Part shown: piece by piece, positions 24,377 to 35,699 of the stretch
Position numbering within the stretch: the first letter of the stretch is position 1
Layout: the number at the start of each line of letters is the position of its first letter
NCBI GenBank assembly: GCA_002633005.1
Contig: NMRA01000423.1
Location: 271,642-335,641 of the forward strand
Length of the DNA: 64,000 nucleotides
Direction of reading: 5' to 3'
Source: Phoronis australis
Lineage: Eukaryota > Animalia > Phoronida
Program-made: the position numbers and the translations under genes
Notes under the pieces: generated by a model
Database searches by the model: none
What the model was told of the DNA's origin: nothing
Seen by the model: only the letters and a program-made list of their open reading frames with translations

Positions 24377-25689
24377 TTTTTATGCACCCACATATTGATA
24401 TGTGGATGCCTTATGCCGTCATCTCCGTCCATCTGTTCGGGCGCGTCCGTCCAGTGTCCGCTGCTCTTTCTCCAAAACTGATTTACGTATGTTCATGAAA
24501 TTTTGCACATGTGTTCCTTTCATGGATGGAACGACATGAGCGAACTTTCGGATGGATCCGACTACCGGTTTGCCCCCTAGTGGCAATTTTAGTTTTTTAC
24601 GGTTACCAGTCTGTATCTTCAAAGGTCCTCAACATATTTTCACAAAATGTGGTTTATAGGCATATATTAGTGAGGAGATGGTAAGCTCCCATTTAAGGGT
24701 GGATTCGTCGTAGGTTGCACCACCTAGTGGCCGTTTTTACTGTTTTCGAGTCTGTTTTGAGCGTCCACCCCTCTATCAACTAAATCACTTTAAGCATCAT
24801 TGTGAAAATTGGCATGTATGTTCTTACTATGAAGAGGACAGCTGACGACAATTTTACGACAACTTTGACTTCTGTGGCGCCTCCTAGTGGCAGTTTTCTT
24901 GTGTCTATGGCTATATCTCCTAAACCGTTTGCAGGATCTTTACTAAATTTAGTAAGTGCATTTATGTGATGATGACAACGAATGACAATGTCGACATTCG
25001 GACAGGTCTGACTACTGGTGTGCCACCTAGTGACAATTTTATTATTTTATGTTTACCTCTGTTTCTTTAAAGGTCCTCAACGTATTCTCATAATACTTGG
25101 TGTACAGGCTTCTGTTAGTGGGGTGACGCTATCATTCCATTAACAGATGGATTCGACCTAGTTTGCGCACCCTAGTGGCTAACTTTACTTTTTTTTGGCG
25201 TCCATTCCTCTAATCAACCAAAATTCTTTCAGGATAATTGTGAAAATTGGCGTGTATGTTTTTACTAAGAAGTGGACAGCTGATGATTTTCCGATGACTT
25301 CGACTACTGTGGCACCTCCTACGGGCAGTATCGTTTTTTGCGCCCATGGCTGTATCTCCTAAACTGTTCGCAGGATCTTTACTAAATTTAAGAAGTGTGT
25401 TCATATGATGGTGACAACGAACGACTATAATTTTCGGGTGGATCTGACTACTGGTGTGCCCCCTGGTGGCAATTTTAGTTCTACGTCTACCTCTGTAACT
25501 TCAAAGGTCTTCAAGGGATTTTCATAAAATTTTTCTATTAAAGAAGGAATGATAGGCCCCATTTTCAGATGGATTGTACATTTTTGTGCCATCTAGCGGT
25601 CATTTTCATGATACAAATAAACAACCCCTATAGCACACCATTTGCGATGCATTCGTGGGCGCATTTCAGTGGTCCGTGTTGCTCTTGTT
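24377..25689 (+). mobile_element. Helentron-type non-autonomous element (HINE/DINE-1-like), copy 2, with internal tandem array
   Basis: tttttATGCACCCAC..GTGGATGC 5' stem-loop, (ccgt)-like microsatellite, eight ~130-160 bp units sharing a cctagtgg-like core, 3' subTIR GTGGGCGCAT (25655-25664), end ctcttgtt. Confidence 0.75.
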
Positions 25690-26404
25690 TCTGAAGGGGG
25701 AACTGTTCTTTTTCTGGTTTATAAAAACAGTTAACATGGTATGCAGCATATTAGTAAAGTGTTGCTGCGCGGAACAAGCAGTAGAAATATTGAAGGCAAT
25801 TCCCAGATCAGTTTATGTTGTTTATCACTAGTATTAAAAAGGCTCTGGTAACTTACAAAATGTGGAAAATGGAATTTTAGATATGCCCAGACGGATTCCT
25901 CTGTATTTTGAAAAGGGAAAATCCAGGGTCTCTATTATGCTCCTGCTTAATTCTGAGGAAGACATCTTGTGGTGGTTCTCAGAACTACCGTGTGTGTGTC
26001 TTTGTGTATGTCCTCTAACTGTACTGCCAGCATGTAGTGAACTGACCAGACACAAGAGGGAGTTACTGTTATACTTTCTTTTATCACTGACTGATATAGA
26101 ATATTCGACATAACCAATAAATGGCCCACAATGCATAGTTAAATAATGTAAACACATGCTTATCACAAGTACATCACTTCAGTTTTTTGATAACTAAAAC
26201 ACAAGTCCAGCTCCACCATGTTGAAATCTCAGGAAGTGTCCACAGTGCTAAAACATGCTTGGATGGACTCTGTCTGACATTTCATTTTCTTGAAGTGTCC
26301 TTCGTACGCAGAACAAGCAGGATCCTATGTGTGCCCACACAATAGCTGCATTAGGGTATATGCCTGGATTATTCGTATTAACTGCCTCTCTGTTCTTGTT
26401 CTAG

Positions 26405-27131
26405 TGAAAATAATGTGGAAGAAAGCAGCCCTGCAAATTTCACTACACAAGAATCATTTGACGCAATTGACGACGAGTTTGTCTTGGGTCGTTGCCGGGC
26501 GCTCTATCCATTCCCTGGTAAGACACGACTTTGCTTATGTTGCTCTTGTGTTAACACTGGGCTCTTTTAGTTGTCAGACTTTGTTTATGTTGCTCTTGTG
26601 TTAACACTGGGCTCTTTTAGTTGTCAGTTGTGTTGATAATTAAGTTTCCGTGTTAACTTTGGACACCGTCGTGTGTCTAAATGCATAGCTGTACAAACTG
26701 TGAGTCACTTGCTTACTCATGCAAGATCTTAAAACAATTTGACATTTGGAAAGAGACTCAATTGTTATGTGGTATAATCGCCAAGAATCTAGCTAATTGA
26801 ACAAGGTTCATGTTGGTAATACATATATTTCAAAGTTTGCATGAAATTTGGCTGAAACTCATTGATAGGGAGAGTTAATGTGGTCCCATTGGAAATACTG
26901 TTTTGGGTGAGGATAGTTTGTGGTAACAAAAGATATGAAGGGCCAATAATTGAAGGGTGTTATTATTCTGTTGTTTTTGTAGGCACAAACGAGGGTTCAA
27001 TCAGTATGGAGCAAGATGAATATTTCTCTCTGATTGAACAAGACCAGGGTGATGGTTGGACGCGTGTACGTAGGAATAATGGAGAGGAAGGTTACGTGCC
27101 CACCGCCTGGTTGGACATTGAGCTGTATTAA
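26405..27131 (+). CDS. FNBP1L: FNBP1L/FNBP1/CIP4 (Toca family) F-BAR protein, C-terminal SH3 domain; last two exons join(26405..26517,26983..27131)
   Basis: Spliced peptide ...ESFDAIDDEFVLGRCRALYPFPGTNEGSISMEQDEYFSLIEQDQGDGWTRVRRNNGEEGYVPTAWLDIELY-stop; the acidic FDDEF-like stretch plus DxGDGWTRVRR..EEGYVPT is typical of this family; GT-AG phase compatible. Confidence 0.88.
26528..26627. repeat. 50-bp tandem duplication in intron
   Basis: actttg.ttatgttgctcttgtgttaacactgggctcttttagttgtcag x2. Confidence 0.9.
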
Positions 27132-27329
27132 CTCCTAGTGACATCTGTTGGAACATTGTCTTCTCACATTCTGTTGGAGGGGATATGTTATAATTTCCTG
27201 TGTCTTGTTTGGTCATAAACTACAAAATCAATCCTGGTAATGTTTTGAAAAAATACACACCTGCATTGACCACTGGTGACACCTGTTGGGAACAAGTGAT
27301 GTTTTAGTTCAAGATACAAATATGTTGAT

Positions 27330-27437
27330 TGGTTGTAAGGCTGGAGGCTTTATACCACAGTCCTGGTTGTAAGGCTGGAGGCTTTATACCACAGTCCTGG
27401 TTGTAAGGCTGGAGGCTTTATACCACAGTCCTGGTTG
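27330..27437. repeat. 34-bp tandem repeat x3 in 3' UTR
   Basis: (ggttgtaaggctggaggctttataccacagtcct)3. Confidence 0.95.
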
Positions 27438-30400
27438 AACATGCAGCTGTTTTAAGCTGTTAGTCGCCTCTGTTTTTAGACATTAAGTATTGTCGTATTA
27501 TTCTGTCAGCCACGTAACCTTAGCAAATTGTACACTCTGTAGACTCATGTCTGTGGCTGGCAATCATATCGTTGTATTATGTTGAGATTGGTTGTCATAT
27601 GTCTGGTGCTTTATGTGATCAGCAGTATACAGTGGTAGCTTCCAACACAAAAATTAATTATTAAATTGGCTGTATTATTACCAAACTACATGACGTCATG
27701 TGACTTGCATGGTGGAGTGTTTTTGTAAAGTGAGTAGTTCATAAAGAGACCACATTGGCTGTAAACTACTGTTTCACTCACATTGAATGGCTAAGTTTAT
27801 TGAGGGACACTGCATGCAAGCTATCAATTCGTGGTGTAAAAGAACTGCTCGCAAATTGTTAGATCATGTGGTTTATACATAGGTGTTATAAATTGAATTG
27901 AAAATTAACTTTGGAAGTAATGTAAAATATCTGGTTACTGAATATTTTGATGCGTTGAAACCTTTTTGACTTTTTGCATTGTACATTGGCAAATTTTTAT
28001 TGAGTCCTACCCTGTATTGCAATAGGTTGTGCTTTGTGTCATCTCATAGTTGAGGTTAAAGGTCAGGACAAAAGTTAACATAGTCCATCGACTTATGACC
28101 TATTTTCACCCAACTTATATTTTATTGTATTACATTGTATTTTATTGTATTGCTAATGACTGAAAGTACTTAATTTATAAACAGGTCTCTTTAACTATAT
28201 AGTTGACCCACGTATTATACATTATAACTCAAGAGTTAGTGTGTGTTGATGCCACGGCACATGTTGGGAGATTACTGATCAGAACTAGATATAGTCTCAA
28301 ATCCTTCCTTAGTAAAATAAGAGATTAGAGATTATTTATGGGTTTGGAAAGAACTGATTCGTTATTGCTTGGTTCCACAAGGTGGTGTCACGGCGCGTTA
28401 TTTTACGCGTCCATGCTGTAAACAACCCCCTTTAAACGAGATAAGGAATGATTTGGAGTATGGTCTCGTTAGACAAGTTATCACATAGTGAAAAGTCGAC
28501 TCTTTCCGATAGGTTTATATGAGAATTAAGTCTACGTTTAAGTTGATTTTGGCGGACTACGAGTTTATAGCTATGTTACATAGCGTCTTTAGGAAGTTGA
28601 GAAAATTATCACCCCAAATTCTATCATTTTGCAGTTGTAGGGAGTCTTTTTAATTGTCGCCATATTTCTAACTTTTGAATGATTTTGTCATCTTTGATGT
28701 TCCTTGTCTTATGTTTCTATTAGTGGAGCTATCCAGCGATCTGCATTAGTTTTTTAGTAATTATGAAAAGAAGCTATAGAATGATCTGGAAAATTTTTTT
28801 AGTACTTTAGTAAAGAATCAGTGTATGTCTGAACCCTGGCTGACTGTTATCTTCATCAAGTAAAAATTGTACCTGTCAGATCCAGCTGTTATGATATAGT
28901 GTCTCCATAAATGGCAAAATTGAACCTACCTGAATGTCAGAGTGCACTTCGTCAAAGTTGAATGAAGATAGGACTTAAGTGCCTTTGACATGCGCTTGTC
29001 AGACATGTCAGTGTTTTACTGTGTTTCTTCACTAGCCAATAGGTGTCACTTTGCTGCTCATCAGCTTGACTTTTTAAAATATATATTTTATGTGACTGTA
29101 TCATTCATGTAAGTAGTTGAGTAGGCAGGTTGACCTTGACCTTGACCTTGTCCCATGTCTGCTGGTCATGTCACTTCACATTCAGTTTCTAATGTTATCA
29201 ATTTGCCTTATGCTAGGGGTGGTGGGATTACTTTATTCACAGGTAAATTTAGATAAAAGCGGAGGCCATCAAGGATGTCCATGTGAAATACAAAGATTGA
29301 TTTTAAAGATATCTGTGTACCTTACAGTTGACACTAAACCTTTATATGGCAAGCTGTGTTCGTAAAGATAGGTTATGTTTGTCTACATACGCTATTCTCA
29401 TCAAAGTGTTTAAAAGTTTGTAAAGTCACCTGTTGGACACCTTCTCTTGCCATAGCACACTTTACACACACGGGAAAAGATAGTAGAGTGAAACCAAAAA
29501 CTCCATCCAACCTCTGACTCAATTGCACGTGGTAAGATTAACCGAGTTCAAAGTTCAGTGGTAAGGGAATTGTGCATCGTAAGAATTTTTGTTGGGCGTG
29601 ATCGATGGGCAGTAGCATTTGAGATTTCAAATTTATTTCAACCTTCATTTTTTCACCATAGGTGGACTATTCCTCTCAATGATTAGAAAACGGACATTTT
29701 TGCATTGTTTCTCCCTTAGACAGCCACTACAGTGTAGTAATAGCTATACCGTTTTGCCTAGAGCTTGTTCTGGACTTAAGAATAGTTTTAGTAAAATCAC
29801 GTTGTCACGTGCTTGTACCTGTACTGAAGAAAATCGTGATGACGTTAATGAAATAGTGACTGGGAAACTTCTGTGTACTGGAAGACTCACTCTCTGCCTA
29901 TCGGTGTTTCTTCGGCGATCACCGTATGAAAACGTGACAACTAGTACTAACTGTTTGGGCAAACTTAACATTACTGTTGACATGGTTTCCTCTAGATTGT
30001 CCTTAATATAGTTTTTCATTAAAGTCGATCTTGATTAGTGGCGCTTTAGTCGCCTCATGTTTCAGGCAGAGGATACTGTGACCGCGAGACGTTAGATTGC
30101 AATTTTATCGTGAGTGCGGGAAAACATTTACTTATGGAACAACCGAACTGGGAATTCTATCCCATAATTCAACACTACATCCTCGTCAACCAATCAATGG
30201 ACGCCATGATTTTGCGTGTTCTTGCTTTTCTTCCAAGAAGCAAGGGTCACGGCACGCATTTAGATGATTACGTCTAAAATAAAGTTGCAAAAAACCCCAA
30301 AGCAGTTTTGGTGGTACATAGTTCTGCGTTAAAGAAACTTCCCGTGTCAGATTGTTCATTCAGAGCAATAGGCTTGCACTTGAACTGAATTTTATTTTGT

Positions 30401-32339
30401 AAAGGGCGTCAGTAAGTCTAGAGTGGAAGTTTTTCTTTTCAATAACTTTTGTGTATATCGGTAGATGGCGATAAAGATGACAAAATCATTGCTTTGATCG
30501 TAGATTAGTTGCTGTAATAACCGTGGTTTTATATATGTTGCCCTTGTCGAATGATTTCAAATGCATAAGGTAAATAAATCGATAAACTTAAGGCCAAGAG
30601 TGCTGTCTTCATTACGAAATGTTCTAAAACTCCTTTCACGGCACACAACTACCACGGACCACAACCCCCTCGACCCAGTCTACAAGCTCGACTCTATCTG
30701 AACGTAGAACAAGCGTTGTCTTGCAAGACCAACGAGTCATAACTGTGAGCTCGGCTGGCTTATCTCTGTTTTTTTTTTCCAATTAAGAGAGTTGATTCGG
30801 CAAGTTTGAAAGCCAAAAATACAGAAAAAATGAATGAAATCAAGACCCCTGAACCTTACGAAGTTGTCACGTGTAATCTTAGTCTACCTTTCAGTGAACG
30901 ATTCAAACTGTTTTGCAGATATTGTGCGAGAAGGCCACGAATATGTATTTTTTAGTAAATACAGCTTGAAAAAAACGAACTTATGCCCTATTAACTAAAA
31001 AGCACCACAAAGTTGCGTGTAGTCAACAGGGCCGTAGCCAGGGAGGAAAGGTCCCGTCCCTGCATATCCGTTAAAGATATTTTTATATAAGGGTATATAG
31101 ATGGACAACAGAAACAAATTTTTGCAACTACTGATACTATTAACTACAATGGTAACTTGGTAGCAGTTTTGAAACAGTGCTTCAGATTCAAAGCTCTTCA
31201 CGTGGCATCGGACCGTACCCGGCCAACTTCGCCCGAGTGGTGTTTGTGTAGATGACAGGAGATCGGTCAGACGATAAAAAAGGGGCTGGTCAGCATTAAA
31301 CATGCGTTTGGCAATACCAAAGGACAACAAGGGAATCTAAAACTGAATGTCTATACCTAGGCCTACTGTAGGCCCTATGGCCTAAGTAAGCTGTATTCTG
31401 CAACGAGAGAGCTACCCCTAAGGTTCACTACTTCGAAGATTCTCTAATCCGAAGATTCACAAATCCTGACAGCGTTTTCCCGTTCAGTGCCTTTACCAGA
31501 CGAAGGTGGTTCTGAGCGTCTGATGACTTCCAGTAGCTTCTTTGTTAACTGCCACGCAGTCTTTTGTCTGTTATGACCGGCACGTCAGTTATCTACCAGG
31601 CTTATTACAGACCACGTGTGAACACCGTCAAACCCAGAGTGAATTGGTACATTCAGACAGAATAGATTGTAGTAACTTCGTTGAAATTGAGCGACTTTGG
31701 AGATTCAAAAACTAAACATGATCACCATTGGACAAGGATTTCTGAAATGCTGTTGGTTTATGCTCAAATATGTTATAACTTAACTTTCATTTTTAATAGC
31801 ACAGCCCAATTAGGCTAGATACGATCTTTTTGAAGATTAGAGCATTATCGAACAAAAGAGAGCTGGCCCTCCAACCATGAATGCCAGAATGGAGTTAATC
31901 AGTCGTGTAAGATGTTGGATACAAGGGTAAACTTCCCAACTTGTTGGGCTGTAGAATCAAACAACTTGGGAGCAACGGGAAAACACCGTAATGTAAACTT
32001 TCAGACTCGAGGTAATTTTTTATATTTTCACATGCAATGAATGCTTCGGTTATTAGATGCACCTATATCGAAAATAACGCTCAGGTACTGAATCACTTCG
32101 CATTTGCGTTTTTAAGAGAATTTGAAGTAGGAATATTGATGTGTTATCAACCACGGTACATTCATTACTATTCAAACGATTTTGTGAGCCATGACTCACT
32201 GAAAAGCTCTCCAACGTATAGGCCGGTTTGGAGTATGAAGCGCCAAAGGGCTCTAAACGAGTACCTGTATGCACGTCAACATGTGCTTAATCAACGCGTA
32301 GGTTTAATTAACGCGTGATTTTCCTTGCAACGCTCAGTT

Positions 32340-32986
32340 TAAGGTGCCCCTCTGTCTATAGTCCAAACTGCTCTAATAATCGTTGTGAAGTTTGGTAAAT
32401 GTGTTGCTGGGAAGAGCATGATTGGCAATTTGGGGACTGTTTGACTATACTGTGGCGTCCTCTAGTGGCAATTTGTTTTTTTTTTGCATCTAGAGCTGTT
32501 TTTCCTTCTTCTTGTAGGATCTATTGTGAAATTTGGCATCTGCATTTCTATAAACGTTGCACAAAATGACGACTTTTGGAGGTATATGGCGTGACAACCA
32601 CAGTAGCACCCAGTACCTGTTTCATTGTTTTACGGTTTTGACCAATGAGCTAATTTATCTCATTGGTTTCGACAGACCAGGCTTGCGTTCAGTAACGCTT
32701 GGACCTACGCTAGGACCTGGCTAAAATCTTGGCACGGCAGTGTCTCACGTTATGTCGCGAAATCTTGCTTTTTAGCGAGGTCTTAACGTTACTGAACGGG
32801 AGGCTCTTCCTACTGAGGAGAACATTACTCACTTCCCATGCGACACCTAGAGGCTAAATGTATTTTAAATTTGCTGGCATTGCTGCATTCACTGAGAGTG
32901 TTAAAATAATAATCACCCCCTTGTAGCTGCACAAAAAGCAATGCACACGGTGGTCGCCTACGTCAACACTTCGCGTTGGTCTTGTT
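32340..32986 (+). mobile_element. Third, degenerate copy of the HINE-like family, interrupted by a MITE
   Basis: ctgtggcgtcctctagtggc and gtgaaatttggcat units; 3' end aataataatcaccccc...ttggtcttgtt resembles 23910-23989 and 25610-25689. Confidence 0.55.
32677..32805. mobile_element. MITE with (G)GC..CGTTCAGTA.CG terminal inverted repeats
   Basis: ggcttgcgttcagtaacg ... cgttactgaacgggaggc; related inverted copy at 35068-35234. Confidence 0.7.
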
Positions 32987-33029
32987 ATTCTTACTACTGG
33001 AAAATACATATCAAGAGAAAAATGAACAC

Positions 33030-33830
33030 CATTTTATTGTGCTTAAATTTACTTTAGCAAGGCATTTTATTTGACAAATAAAACACAATTATGCTATATA
33101 TAAAAAGATTTTGTTGGACGACAGCTGAGAACAGCTTAGAGTGTGTATTCAACTGTGAATGCTAACATAATTACTGAAGTTAAAACAACACCCCGACCTT
33201 TTGAGAGCAAGTCTGGAGTCAAACAAGGCGTGATGTTAAGTCCATTATTGTTTTTGTGTACAAGAATAAACTTGCTATTGAAATGTGAACTGAAAAGGAG
33301 GGAGGTATTCAAGTTGAGTAGACCTTTGAAATGTGTTTTTATTAATATACATGTATGCCGACGACGTTTCTCTATTTGGCAACGCTATAATTCAGTTACA
33401 GAGACGATTGGATTGACTAAAAAAATTTTAAAGCGAAATATTTCTGTTAACATCCAGACGTGAAACATAGTTGTTTTCATAAAACATGGGCAATTGAAAG
33501 AACAGAAACATGGTAGTTTAGGGATGTTGTTTTGAAGATTTGCAGTCACTTTAAATATTTAAGGGTTGTATTTTCTTGTAGATTAAGTTGAACAACGTGC
33601 TGCAGGTCACTGGCTCAAATTACAAGCAAATCAGCCATGAATTTGGTGAGGCATTTTCGTGTCAAATGGGACCTGGAAGAAACGTAGTCTAGCTTTAAAT
33701 TGTTTCACCCGATAGCTGCCATTTGTTATTTGGAGCAGAAATATGGGGTACTAACCTAAAGAAAACTTGACAATGTAAATGATTATTGTCTGGTGGTATT
33801 AAGACGACCAACGTTATGATAAAGAGAGAT
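33030..33830 (+). mobile_element. Decayed non-LTR retrotransposon RT fragment (RTE-X-like)
   Basis: FESKSGVKQGVMLSPLLF, MYADD (33353-33367 region, shifted frame), KYL, FGAEIWG in order, with frameshifts. Confidence 0.8.
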
Positions 33831-35067
33831 TGGTTTCATAAAAGTGGCTTAAAGTTGAATTGGACTTAGAACAGGTTTAAGGATAACCTGCATTTTATAA
33901 GGGTGGTTTAATTTTTTGACCAGTGGTCTCGTAAATCCTGATTTAACCCCTTTTTAGACCTGGTCTGAGTTTTCATTTTAGAGAACGAGGTCTATATTAC
34001 TTAGTCCTGTATTAAGGTCTAAAATCACGTTTAATTAGACTTGATCAGGCCCAGGTTTAATATCGTTAAATATGGCAGACTTGTACGATGTAGGTGCAAC
34101 TGTATGGTGCCGCGGTGTGCAATTACGCCGCAGCTTTAGAGCGAGAATGGACTATTTTTAAAATTCATTTTAATTTACGACGACACAAAATCAAACGTAA
34201 TAGGGTAGGGTCCAAATATTTTTAAAAGAAGGTGGCCGGATCAAGGATTATTCAAAATGGGGGGTCCAATTACGCAGTTTGAAAATTCTGGATTTAATAT
34301 CACTGAAACCAAGGAAAAATTTGATGGGTACGAACCCCTTGACCCCTGAATCCGCCTACATGTAGACCAGTACGTGTTGCAAGGTGTCCTTTAGATTCCT
34401 CAGAACACGACAGGTCGAGAATGTCGACTTCGTCTTAAGCGTCAAAGGCATAAATCAAGACGGCAATGTCGGATTCTTCTGACTGATATCCTAGTTTCCA
34501 AATTAAGGTTGAGGGTTTGAGGTCGTTCCTATCTCCCCACCCTTGTCCGCGGTATAACGACACGGACATGAATTTGGGCATTTGTTATGTTGCGGCTAAT
34601 TGTAAGCATGTACTGTAAAGTGTGAACGTGTTTTGGGCACAGTTATTACTAAATGAAAAATGTCTCCTCATCATATTCTAGATGTACCACTGTGTCTCTC
34701 AACTGGTGAAATTTTTTTTGGTCTTCATTTTTAATAGTCCCCTTTAACTATTGATTTCTGCATGTCTCCGATTGTGGGAAATGTGCATAGAGTCTGGACC
34801 AATATCTCTCCAAGTCTGCTGCTTTCGTTGACTTAGTTTGGCACCAGTTTTCTCGTTCTCTATAATTGTATTTTTCTCTGATCAGTTCTGGGTTGGAACA
34901 TTTTTCAACATGAGGAAAGCTTTTAGGCCTTTTGAAAATGTCTGCACTGATTCTACTAGTGTGTACCATTGTGTACCCACATGATAAAGGTTTCATTGAA
35001 GTACTTCACTATATTTCTTGTTGTGTTAATCCAGATCAACACAGTAGGGTGGCTAGGATACTCTAAA

Positions 35068-35234
35068 CCAGCCTCCCGTTCAGTAGCGCTAGGACCTCGC
35101 TAAAAAGCAAGACTTCGCGAGATTACGTGAGATATTACCTTGTATTTCAAATGACAACACGTGACTGTGGTTAGATTTGAGCTAGGTCCTAGTGGTCCTA
35201 GCGTCGGTCCTAGCGCTACTGAACGCACGCCTGG
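35068..35234. mobile_element. MITE, same family as 32677-32805, opposite orientation
   Basis: gcctcccgttcagtagcgctaggacc ... ggtcctagcgctactgaacgcacgcc. Confidence 0.75.
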
Positions 35235-35699
35235 TTTTACTAAACCTGCTCCCTTATCTAGCAAAACCAGGCTTTCAGACATTTAAACCACGTTGGTGAA
35301 ATGCAAGTTCTAAAATTAGACCAGGTTTAGGAAGACCAGGTTAAGTCTTAAACCACCTTCATGAAATCGGCTATAGGTGTTTAACATTACAAATTGAGAA
35401 CAGCAGAAGAAATTATATTCCGTAAATGAAAGAACTTGTAAGATCCATGTAATACAGGACAGATTCAGTGACAGAAGAGCGTTTCATGTCACGTTGTCCA
35501 GTATTGGTAGATTTAAGAAACAAATTCATACCACACTGTCACGATATCAGGTCTCTGTTGTCTCGAGTACCACAAACAGTTTTATTTAAAACCGTTTCAG
35601 TGCATACCCAAAGGCAATGATGATCAGAAACGAGATATTAAATATATAACAACTGAGTGCATCTACTAGAAGCAATTTTTAATGTATTTTTAACAGTGT

